DNA of 10,982 bases from Candidatus Hadarchaeales archaeon (GCA_038872135.1 JAVZGN010000026.1:1-10982); one strand, 5' to 3'. Positions 1 to 8,195 are shown, counted from the stretch's first letter. Numbers and translations are program-made. Notes: generated from the sequence alone by a model not told the origin.

Positions 1-102
1 CCTTCAAGGGAAAGACTTCTTTCTCTAGCTGGTGTCGCCAAACGAGCCGGGGTAAAAGAGGTAAAGATTTTCACCACCGAAAAGGGCCTGGAAAAGGTAT
101 AG
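1..102 (+). CDS. 3' end of an unidentified protein-coding gene (partial)
   Basis: Frame +1 is open from base 1 (PSRERLLSLAGVAKRAGVKEVKIFTTEKGLEKV) to TAG at 100-102, just upstream of topA. Too short to assign a product. Confidence 0.55.
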   Translation, partial: PSRERLLSLAGVAKRAGVKEVKIFTTEKGLEKV

Positions 103-144
103 GTAGACTTCAATCATTTAACCTTGAGAGTTGAGGTTGAGCGG

Positions 145-2202
145 ATGAAGACTCTGATCATCTGCGAGAAACCTGCGGCCGCTGTGAAAATTGCTGGAGC
201 CCTCTCAGAGAAAAAGCGGAAGAAAGAGCTCAACGGCGTCACCTATTTTGAGGTTGAGAGGGATGGAAAGACTCTGATAGTTGTGCCGGCGATTGGCCAT
301 CTTTTCACGCTCAAAAGCAAACGCCCATTGAAGGACTATCCTGTCTATGACATCGAGTGGGTTCCAAGCTATGTTGCGGACAGAAAGGCTGCGAAAACTA
401 AACCATTCATCGAGACCATAAGAGAGCTGGCAAAGGATGCTACCGAGTACATCAGCGCATGTGATTTCGATATCGAAGGCTCTGTGATAGCATATAACAT
501 CTTGAAAAATCTGTGTGGTGAGGAGGCCGTCAAAAAAGCCAAGAGGATGAAGTTCTCCACTCTCACCGCCGAAGAGTTGCGACAGGCCTATGAAAACCTC
601 ATGCCAAGATTGGACTTTGAGATGATAGACGCTGGCCTCACCCGTCACATCGTGGACTGGTATTGGGGAATGAACGTGAGCAGGGCGATGTCCGCGGCGG
701 TTGAGGCGGCCGGCAAAAGGTTCATCAAGCTCTCGGCTGGGAGGGTGCAAACCCCAACGCTGAAGATTCTTGCTGAGAGGGAAAAGGAGATTGAGGCGTT
801 CAAGCCCACTCCATACTGGCTTGTGAGGCTCATCTTGCGCATCGGGAGTTCTGATCTCGTGGCGGAGCACTCAACCGAGCGCTTCTGGAGGAAGGAGGAG
901 GCAGAAAAAATTGTAACTGCGTGCAAAGGGAAAAAAGCTGTGGTGAAAAAAATTGAGGCCAGGACATACCAGAGGATGCCCCCCTACCCATTTGACCTCG
1001 GCAGTCTTCAAGCTGAAGCCTACAGATGCTTTGGGTATACTCCAATGAGAACTCAACAACTTGCGCAGGATCTCTACCTCATGGGTGCTATCAGCTATCC
1101 AAGAACCAGCAGTCAAAAGCTGCCTCCCTCCATCGGATATGAGACGATTATCAAAAGGCTTGGAGAGATTTCAACCCAATATAGGGAAATCGCAAATGAG
1201 CTACTCAAGATGCCGACGCTGGCCCCGAGGGAAGGGCCGAAGAGTGACCCGGCCCATCCGAGTATCTACCCAACCGGAGAAAAGGTAGAAGGGCTAAAAG
1301 GACCGCAGGCAAAACTCTATGATTTAATTGTAAGGAGATTTTTCTCGGTCTTCGGGAGACCTGCGGTGGTCAAGAGTGAGAGGGTTGACATAGATATCGG
1401 CGGAGAGACGTTTTACCTTCACGGGCGGGTGGTGGTTGATGAAGGATGGCTGAGGTACTACGGAAAATATGGTGAAACTGAAGAGGAGATTCTTCCTGAA
1501 ATGAGGGTGGGGCAGGAAATAGAGATCAAGGACATTTTGCTTGAGGAGAAAGAGACCCAGCCCCCGCCGAGATACAATCCTGCATCCCTTGTGAAAGAGA
1601 TGGAGGAAAGAAATCTTGGGACGAAAGCCACAAGAGGGGAGATAGTCCAGACCCTTTACTCGCGAAATTACATTTATGGCCAGCAGATTTTCGTCACAGA
1701 GCTCGGGATGAAGGTTGTAAAAACCCTGGAAAAATACTGCCCAGAAATCGTCAGCGAAGAATTGACGGCAAAATTAGAGATGGAGATGGAAAAGATACAG
1801 GAAGGAAAAATCAAAGGTGAGGAGGTAATCAAAAAGGCGCGGTTGGAGCTGGACAAGATTCTGGAGAAATTCAAGAGCAGGGAGGTTGAGATTGGCGAAG
1901 AGCTCGACCAGGCAAGAAGTGCCATCGTTGCCAGACAGTATGTGTTGGGTCGATGCCAGGCCTGTGGCGGAGAAATTCGAATCTTGAGGTCAAAGAAAAC
2001 TCGCAAGCGTTTCGCCGGGTGCACAAATTACCCTACATGCCGGCAAGCCTTTCCTCTCCCGCAAGCTGGAACAATAGTTTCACTCGGGAAGAGCTGCGAG
2101 AAGTGCGGTGCCCCGATGATTCAGGTGAATTCACCCGGCCGCAGGCCTTACAGGATGTGCCTTAATCCATCCTGTGAGACAAAGACCAACTGGAAAAAAT
2201 AA
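145..2202 (+). CDS. topA: DNA topoisomerase I (type IA, archaeal TopA/TopoIII-like)
   Basis: TOPRIM start LIICEKP, GHLF, ACDFDIEG, SAGRVQTP, catalytic ISYPRT, AHPSIYPT, LGTKATR. Two C-terminal Zn ribbons (CQAC..CTNYPTC; CEKC..CLNPSC). ATG145 is preceded by SD GAGGT (133-137); the ORF track's TTG124 is an alternative start. Confidence 0.96.
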   Translation: MKTLIICEKPAAAVKIAGALSEKKRKKELNGVTYFEVERDGKTLIVVPAIGHLFTLKSKRPLKDYPVYDIEWVPSYVADRKAAKTKPFIETIRELAKDATEYISACDFDIEGSVIAYNILKNLCGEEAVKKAKRMKFSTLTAEELRQAYENLMPRLDFEMIDAGLTRHIVDWYWGMNVSRAMSAAVEAAGKRFIKLSAGRVQTPTLKILAEREKEIEAFKPTPYWLVRLILRIGSSDLVAEHSTERFWRKEEAEKIVTACKGKKAVVKKIEARTYQRMPPYPFDLGSLQAEAYRCFGYTPMRTQQLAQDLYLMGAISYPRTSSQKLPPSIGYETIIKRLGEISTQYREIANELLKMPTLAPREGPKSDPAHPSIYPTGEKVEGLKGPQAKLYDLIVRRFFSVFGRPAVVKSERVDIDIGGETFYLHGRVVVDEGWLRYYGKYGETEEEILPEMRVGQEIEIKDILLEEKETQPPPRYNPASLVKEMEERNLGTKATRGEIVQTLYSRNYIYGQQIFVTELGMKVVKTLEKYCPEIVSEELTAKLEMEMEKIQEGKIKGEEVIKKARLELDKILEKFKSREVEIGEELDQARSAIVARQYVLGRCQACGGEIRILRSKKTRKRFAGCTNYPTCRQAFPLPQAGTIVSLGKSCEKCGAPMIQVNSPGRRPYRMCLNPSCETKTNWKK

Positions 2203-2261
2203 CCCATCAACTTTTTTACCTCATCGCTTCTGCAAAAATCTGTGAAATGCAGCGCACCCAA
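2203..2261. terminator. putative oligo-T terminators between convergent topA and minD-like genes
   Basis: T-tract (aactttttta, 2209-2218) follows the topA stop on +. An A5 tract at about 2234-2238 (T5 on -) follows the ATPase stop. Archaeal termination typically occurs at U-tracts. Confidence 0.4.
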
Positions 2262-3098
2262 CTATTTTTTCACAAACTCCTCAACGCGCCCGATGGCCCT
2301 CTCCAGCCGCTCCAGAACATTTACCTTTTTAGCAACTTTTATCTCAGCCAGCTTTCGGGCGATTTTCTTTAACGCAAGACTTGCTGGAGATTTTGGGTAT
2401 GCGGCCACAACTGGTAGGTTCTCCCTGAAAGCGACATCGACAGCCTCATCAAAGGGGATTGTCCCGAGAACCGGAGCTATTCCTGAAGCTTTTTTCACCC
2501 AGGTGGAAAGATGAACCCCCTTCATAACTTTCGAAACCACAACCCCGGCCGCTTCGACGTCCATCAACTTAGAAAGCCCCTGGGCAGTTGCAAGGGTTGA
2601 GGAGATCGAGTCATCATTGGCCTCGCACACATAGAGGATCTTGTCTGATACTCCGGTCAGGAGAATGTGCTCATAGGAGACTGAGGCAGGGGTGTCGATG
2701 ATTATCCTGCTGAACTTTTCTCTCATCTCAGAAAACGTGCGGTCTAGTATCCTGCAGCATCTCAAAAATTTTTCGCCGACATCACCCCTCCCAAAAGAAA
2801 TGAACCTTCCGCCTGCCGGCATTATCGCGAGGTTTGGATAAAGGAGATCCTCACCACTTGTGAGCTGGCAGGTGTAGGTTGCATCTCTCCAGGATCTCCT
2901 CCCGATCATCACATCGAAAAGGGTGGCATCTTTTGTCGGGCACATCTTCAGCTCAACCGATCTCACGTGAAGGTCTCCATCCACCAAGAGGATTTTTTCA
3001 TCTGGCTTCATGAGAGACATCCAGATGGAAACCCCCATCGCCACGGTTGTCTTTGAGACACCACCCTTTGTGCCGACCACAGAGAAAACTGTGCCCAT
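2262..3098 (-). CDS. MinD/ParA-family (deviant Walker A) ATPase
   Basis: SVVGTKGGVSKTT, LLVDGDL, IIIDTPA, GVVVSKV, LGTIPFDEAV and LPVV..YPKSPAS are all MinD-like. C-terminal amphipathic-looking helix VLERLERAIGRV. ATG3098 has SD GGTGA 6 nt upstream; alternative GTG3104 overlaps the upstream stop. Confidence 0.88.
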   Translation of the reverse strand: MGTVFSVVGTKGGVSKTTVAMGVSIWMSLMKPDEKILLVDGDLHVRSVELKMCPTKDATLFDVMIGRRSWRDATYTCQLTSGEDLLYPNLAIMPAGGRFISFGRGDVGEKFLRCCRILDRTFSEMREKFSRIIIDTPASVSYEHILLTGVSDKILYVCEANDDSISSTLATAQGLSKLMDVEAAGVVVSKVMKGVHLSTWVKKASGIAPVLGTIPFDEAVDVAFRENLPVVAAYPKSPASLALKKIARKLAEIKVAKKVNVLERLERAIGRVEEFVKK

Positions 3099-3100
3099 CG

Positions 3101-3466
3101 TCACTCACCCTGAACAGGCCGCAGGTATGTCTGAATTCTCACATCTTTGCTCCTGTAGATGAGCTTGCTCCTGACACCGCCCTTCACCGTGTCAACATGC
3201 CCGATGAGCCCTGCTCTTTCTAGTATCCTGAGGTGGTGGAGCAATGATTTCACCCCGCCCTTCTTCCCCGTTGCCTCGCCCAGGAGATTTAGAAGTTCTT
3301 TCTGCCTGAGGGGCCCCTCGTCGAGAAGTTCCAGAATTTTTCTTCTGAGGGGATTCGCGAGAGCTGCGCAGATTTCTCCAGCGGCTTCTGGTGAAACTGT
3401 GGTCCATCCCTCCGTCGCCTCAAAGGGAAGAGGCTTCTCTATTTTCTTTATCTCTTGGGGTTCCAT
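3101..3466 (-). CDS. ArsR/SmtB-like winged helix-turn-helix protein
   Basis: ALANPLRRKILELL, LLHHLRILERAGLI and wing segment KGGVRSKLIY. ATG at 3466 (TTG 3469 alternative). Abuts the MinD-like gene. Confidence 0.85.
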   Translation of the reverse strand: MEPQEIKKIEKPLPFEATEGWTTVSPEAAGEICAALANPLRRKILELLDEGPLRQKELLNLLGEATGKKGGVKSLLHHLRILERAGLIGHVDTVKGGVRSKLIYRSKDVRIQTYLRPVQGE

Positions 3467-3469
3467 CAA

Positions 3470-3546
3470 TATACACTTTTTCCGCTGCTTAAATCGCTCT
3501 TTCCCAACACATTTTTAATAAAAACACGAACTAAATCGGGTGAAAG
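3470..3546. promoter_or_regulatory. divergent promoter region (wHTH-ATPase operon / transporter)
   Basis: On - strand, TTTAAG (3493-3488) with a purine-rich BRE-like upstream sequence lies about 22 nt before ATG3466 (possibly leaderless). On + strand, TTTTTAATAAAA (3512-3523) and SD GGTGA (3539-3543) precede GTG3547. Confidence 0.5.
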
Positions 3547-4815
3547 GTGATTGACTCCATCACAAAAACCGTTGCATTGGTGATTTTTCTCTCCTGCTAC
3601 ATCCTAGCAATCACCAGGAAGATAAAGCTGGCATATGTGGGCATCGGAAGCGCAATCGCTTTGCTCTTTGTTCTTCTCCCGACCGGTGGAATCACCCCCG
3701 AAGCTGCTTTTAGTTCAATCAACTGGGGCGTTCTGGCGATTTACTGGGGCTTTTTGATGATGGCAATCACTTTCTCAAAGAGCGGTGTTCCAACAAAAGT
3801 AGCCAGATCCATTTTGAAAAAAACGAGAAACGAAGGGATAGCTCTTTTCATTCTCTGTGGACTCACAGCGCTGATTTCCTCCTTCATGGAAAATGTTGGG
3901 ACAGTAATACTCATGGCACCGATTGCAATAGAAGTCGCAAAAATTGCTCGCTCATCTCCTTTTCTCCATCTCGTTTCAATCGCCATCAGCAGCAACATGG
4001 TCACAACTGTGACGATGATTGCAGATCCACCGGCCTTGATCCTCGCCGAAAACATTGGGATGAAATTCACAGATTTCTACCTCTTCAATGGGAAAATTGG
4101 TTTGGGAGCCATAAGCATCCTTGGAGTAATCGCCGGGCTGGCAGTCATGGCCCTGATAAATTTCAGGAAGATGAGGAAGAAAATTCTCCTCAAAGAAGAA
4201 AAGGTTGAAGTCACATATCTTCCAACGATTCTTTTTGCAGCAGGAATCATTGCCCTTGCCCTTATCCCCTATCTTGGTGTTTGGAATGGGTGGGTGGGAA
4301 TTGGAGTCGGAATCCTTGCCATCCTCGCAGGGAGAAAATTCATTGGAAAGATGTTCCGGGAATTTGACTGGAACTCCTTTTTCTTCATCTTTGGGATTTT
4401 CATTGTCGTTGGCGCCGTAAACTTCATTGGCCTCCTCCGAGATTTCGCCGGCTTCCTGCTGGGGCTTGGACTGAACAATCCCGTCGTGGTGCTGGCGGTG
4501 ATCACTTGGATATCAGTCATTTTATCTAGTTTCATCGACAATGTTCCATTCACAATGCTCATGATCCCCGTCTGCACCACCATCGCAGGTTCCATCAGCA
4601 TGAGCGCCTATCCTCTGCTCTACGGGATGGTGGTCGGAACAGGAATCGGTGGAAATGTTCTCCCCATCGGGGCCACAGCAAATGTCTTTGCATGTGGAAT
4701 GCTTGAGAAGATGGGCCATAAAATCAGGTTGAGAGAATATCTTAAACTCAGTCTCCCCTCCACAATAGTCTCAGTTGGAGTTGCACATCTCCTCCTTCAG
4801 CTCCTTTGGATGTGA
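3547..4815 (+). CDS. ArsB/NhaD/CitMHS-type ion transporter (IT superfamily) permease
   Basis: 422 aa, highly hydrophobic with many TM segments. Repeated family motifs ISSFMENVGT / LSSFIDNVPF, SSNMVTTVTMIADPP and GGNVLPIGATANV. Substrate cannot be determined. Confidence 0.85.
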   Translation: MIDSITKTVALVIFLSCYILAITRKIKLAYVGIGSAIALLFVLLPTGGITPEAAFSSINWGVLAIYWGFLMMAITFSKSGVPTKVARSILKKTRNEGIALFILCGLTALISSFMENVGTVILMAPIAIEVAKIARSSPFLHLVSIAISSNMVTTVTMIADPPALILAENIGMKFTDFYLFNGKIGLGAISILGVIAGLAVMALINFRKMRKKILLKEEKVEVTYLPTILFAAGIIALALIPYLGVWNGWVGIGVGILAILAGRKFIGKMFREFDWNSFFFIFGIFIVVGAVNFIGLLRDFAGFLLGLGLNNPVVVLAVITWISVILSSFIDNVPFTMLMIPVCTTIAGSISMSAYPLLYGMVVGTGIGGNVLPIGATANVFACGMLEKMGHKIRLREYLKLSLPSTIVSVGVAHLLLQLLWM

Positions 4816-4830
4816 AAGGTATTTAAAAGA
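4814..4830 (+). promoter_or_regulatory. putative rRNA operon promoter (BRE + TATA)
   Basis: GAAAGG (4814-4819) then TATTTAAAA (4820-4828), immediately after the transporter stop. Predicted start near 4850, where a structured leader begins. Confidence 0.6.
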
Positions 4831-4990
4831 TGCAGAGGATATTCTATATGGTCCACACCGCGGTATGGACGGCGTCAATCGGAGTATTTGGGCAAATCTT
4901 TGCCCTTGCGATGAGAGATTGTGCTCTTGGTGTGGATAAAAAATGTGGACCTGAACAAACCAGGCCACTGGAAGGCTCAGGTCCGAGATA

Positions 4991-5009
4991 GGTCCAGCGC
5001 TCCACAACG
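4991..5009 (+). other. 5' arm of the pre-16S processing stem
   Basis: GGTCCAGCGCTCCA (4991-5004) is the exact reverse complement of TGGAGCGCTGGACC (7446-7459). AACG (5006-5009) pairs with CGTT (7439-7442). Confidence 0.85.
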
Positions 5010-5365
5010 CCAATTTCTAAAGCTTGCGGCCATCTAACACCGGTTGATTCTGCCGGAGGCCACTGCTATTGGGGTCCGACTAAGCCATGCAAGTCATAGG
5101 GCCTCGGGGCAACCCGAGGTACCTGGCGCACGGCTCAGTAACACGTCGTCAACCTACCCTAGGGACGGGGATAACCTCGGGAAACTGAGGATAATACCCG
5201 ATGGGCGAGGGAAGCTGGAATGCTCCTTCGTCGAAAGGCCGAAAGGCGCCCTAGGATGGGACGGCGGCCTATCAGCTAGTTGGTGGTGTAACGGACCACC
5301 AAGGCTACGACGGGTACGGGCGACGAGAGTCGGAGCCCGGAGATGGGGACTGAGACAAGGCCCCA

Positions 5366-5396
<31 letters not shown>

Positions 5397-5782
5397 CCGC
5401 AATGCGCGAAAGCGTGACGGGGGGACCCCAAGTGCCGCTGGCCTTTGGTCGGCGGCTTTTGCCAAGTCTAAAAAGCTTGGCGAATAAGGGCTGGGTAAGT
5501 CGGGTGCCAGCCGCCGCGGTAATACCCGCAGCCCAAGTGGTGGCCACGTTTATTGGGCCTAAAGCGCTCGTAGCCGGATCGGTGAGTTCCTCGTGAAATC
5601 GACCAGAAGACTGGTCGGCGCGCGGGGAATACCACCGGTCTAGAGGCCGGGAGACGCCGAGGGTACTCCGGGGGGAGCGGTGAAATGCTGTAATCCTCGG
5701 GGGACCACCAGTGGCGAAAGCGCTCGGCGAGAACGGGCCTGACGGTGAGGGGCGAAGGCTAGGGGAGCGAACGGGATTAGAT

Positions 5783-6700
5783 ACTACAAAGTGTCCCCCT
5801 CGGTAGCGATACCGAGGTGCGCACCCAACTATATCGGTGGAACCTCGTCTTGCACGGGCGAGGCAACACCGAGGGAAGTCGCTTAAAGCGACCCCGTAGA
5901 GACTAGAGCGCGTGGAGGTGATAGAAGATGGTGAACCCATCTTTGTCCGAAAGCGTGCGGGCAGTGGTGTTAGGCAGCATACTTGGCGATGGCAGTCTGA
6001 GAAAGTTCAAAAATTACGAAAACGCGCGGTTTTGTTTCAGACACTCACTAAAGCAGAGAGAATACTTTCTGTGGAAAGTCTCGCTACTGAAAGAAATCTC
6101 GGATGAGAACTGCTGGCGCGAACAGCCGCCAGACGGGTGGAGCAAGACTCCAAAGCTACACTACTGTAGCAAGGCGCTGCCAGAGCTCACGAAACTGTAC
6201 GAGCTGACACATAAGAAGGGCAAGTTAGAAGTTAGAAGAAAGTGGCTCAACATGATGACGCCATTGTCGCTGGCAATACTCTGGTTTGACGACGGTTCCA
6301 TAATAGGCAACGGGCGCAAAGGGGTCCTCTGCACTGACAATGTGCCACTCAGAGGACAACTTGTGTTTTGTAAATACCTGCGCAAAGTATGGGGCATCAA
6401 AGCCAGAGTCGGGAGAAAAAGAAAAGGTAGCGATGTCTACAGAGTATGGATACGCTCCGCCGAAAGTCTCAAAAAACTTCTCCGCATCGTGATGCCATTC
6501 GCCAAGGTTGAGTCAGTACTGCCGAAGCTGCTACTACTATACAAGGACGCACGCGCTCAAAAACGTTGGGTCTCTGAAGTGTCTGCTACCACGGGATTTC
6601 CCGAAGAGGTAGTGTGGAAATACCTCAACGAGAAGAAATCCCGGTGGCGTGGCTTCAGAGAATGATATAGTCCTACCCTCACGGCGACGTGAGAAGGTTG
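5783..6700 (+). mobile_element. group I intron (IA-like, with P7.1) after 16S U793 (E. coli numbering), 918 nt
   Basis: P1 5780-5785/5790-5795 with U5782.G5793 at the splice site. P2 5798-5817 (GCGA loop). P3 5823-5829/6565-6571. P4 5834-5839/5867-5872. P5 5843-5850/5856-5863. P6/P6a 5873-5895. P7 GACTA 5901-5905/TAGTC 6668-6672. P7.1 5906-5914/6550-6558. P8 6572-6580/6652-6660. P9 6678-6693 (GCGA loop). Terminal G6700. Confidence 0.95.
5928..6665 (+). CDS. intron-encoded LAGLIDADG homing endonuclease (two motifs, I-SceI/LAGLIDADG_2-like)
   Basis: Motif 1 VVLGSILGDGSL, then HSLKQREYFLWK; motif 2 TPLSLAILWFDDGS; CTD motif. SD GGAGGTGAT (5914-5922) matches this genome's anti-SD. Confidence 0.92.
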   Translation: MVNPSLSESVRAVVLGSILGDGSLRKFKNYENARFCFRHSLKQREYFLWKVSLLKEISDENCWREQPPDGWSKTPKLHYCSKALPELTKLYELTHKKGKLEVRRKWLNMMTPLSLAILWFDDGSIIGNGRKGVLCTDNVPLRGQLVFCKYLRKVWGIKARVGRKRKGSDVYRVWIRSAESLKKLLRIVMPFAKVESVLPKLLLLYKDARAQKRWVSEVSATTGFPEEVVWKYLNEKKSRWRGFRE

Positions 6701-7273
6701 ACCCCGGTAGTCCTAGCTGTAAAGGATGCGGGCCAGATGTCGGGTGCTCTTAGAGGGCATCCGGTGTCGGAGGGAAGCCGTTAAGCCCGCCGCCTGGGAA
6801 GTACGGCCGCAAGGCTGAAACTTAAAGAAATTGGCGGGGGAGCACCACAAGGGGTGGGACCTGCGGTTCAATTGGATTCAACGCCGGAAAACTCACCTGG
6901 GGCGACTGCTGGATGAAAGCCAGGCTGACGACCTTGCTGGACTAGCAGAGAGGTGGTGCATGGCCGTCGTCAGCTCGTACCGTGAGGCGTCCTGTCAAGT
7001 CAGGCAACGAGCGAGACCCTCGCCCCTAGTTGCCATCGGTGGGAAGCCGGGCACTCTAGGGGGACCGCTGGCGCTAAGCCAGAGGAAGGAGAGGGCGACG
7101 GTAGGTCAGTATGCCCCGAATCCCCAGGGCCACACGCGGGTCACAATGCGCGGGACAATGGGACGCAACCCCGTGAGGGGAAGCCAATCCCCTAAACCCG
7201 CGCCCAGTTCGGATCGGGGGCTGCAACTCGTCCCCGTGAAGCTGGAATCCCTAGTAATCGCGGGCCAACACCC

Positions 7274-7316
<43 letters not shown>

Positions 7317-7386
7317 GCCACTCGAGTGGGGTTCGAGTGAGGCCTGCTCTTCTTGGGCGGGTCGAACTCTAGCTCCGCAAGAGGGG

Positions 7387-7425
<39 letters not shown>

Positions 7426-7438
7426 CGATCACCTCCTA

Positions 7439-7459
7439 CGTTACTTGGAGCGCTGGACC
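7439..7459 (+). other. 3' arm of the pre-16S processing stem (BHB-like)
   Basis: CGTT + 3-nt bulge ACT + TGGAGCGCTGGACC, complementary to 4991-5009. Confidence 0.8.
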
Positions 7460-7465
7460 CTCGAT

Positions 7466-7537
7466 GGGCCTGTAGCTCAGTGGCAGAGCGCTGGCTTTGC
7501 AAGCCAGAGGTCGCGGGTTCAAATCCCGCCAGGTCCA
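7466..7537 (+). tRNA. tRNA-Ala (TGC), 16S-23S spacer
   Basis: Acceptor stem GGGCCTG/CAGGTCC with G3.U70. Anticodon arm CTGGC-TTTGCAA-GCCAG, anticodon 7498-7500. T arm GCGGG-TTCAAAT-CCCGC. CCA not encoded; no intron. Confidence 0.97.
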
Positions 7538-8144
7538 TACCATCAAAAGATGCGGTGCTTGAAGTCACCTTCATGCACTAAGGGCATATTGCGCTCAAGC
7601 GCAAGATGATTGCCGTGCACAGGTTGCGCCAGGCAAGCTGGGTAGAAGAACAGGGAACCCACCTGGGGGATGGCTTGGCTCCAGCGCCGAGGAAGGTCGT
7701 GGCAAGCGGCGAAACGCCCAGGGTAGGCGCATGCAGCCTTTGATCCTGGGATTGCCGAATGGGACCTCCTGCTAGGGAAAAACCCTGGCGCTCGCGGCAG
7801 CGAGCGGGAACCCCGGGAACGGAAACATCTTAGTACCGGGAGGAGAAGAAAGCAACTGCGATGCCCTGAGTAACGGCGAGTGAAAAGGGCAGAGGGCAAA
7901 CCGAACCTGGTGGCGAAAGTCACTGGGGATGTGGAGTTGCAGGACTCTCCTCAATCTCTCGCGCGGGAAGCCGAAGTCGGCTGGAAAGCCGCACCTCAGA
8001 GGGTGAAAGTCCCGTAGGTGTAACTGCGCAGGGTATGAGGGAGAGGATCCTGAGTAGGGCGCCTTGGAAATGGCGTCTGAAGCTGGGAGGCATCAACTCC
8101 CAACCCTAAATACTGCTGGAGACCGATAGCGGACGCAGTACCGC

Positions 8145-8195
<51 letters not shown>

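Noticed and set aside
205-2165. Antisense and alternate-frame ORFs within topA (205-870, 645-926, 1674-2024, etc.)
   Set aside because: They overlap a well-supported gene and have no recognisable motifs.
145-2202. Intein in topA or reverse gyrase identity
   Set aside because: Length and motif spacing fit an uninterrupted TopA; no helicase domain or intein termini.
3159-4719. ORFs antisense to or overlapping the wHTH and transporter genes (3159-3518, 3741-4070, 4269-4601, etc.)
   Set aside because: Shadows of the real genes.
5912-6400. ORFs 5912-6106 (+) and 6161-6400 (-) in the 16S intron
   Set aside because: They overlap the LAGLIDADG ORF, which has the SD and the motifs.
7538-7650. Hairpins in the tRNA-23S spacer (e.g. 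TTGCGC-TCAA-GCGCAA, 7589-7604) as a separate ncRNA
   Set aside because: Consistent with ordinary spacer structure and the 5' arm of the 23S processing stem, whose partner lies outside the window.
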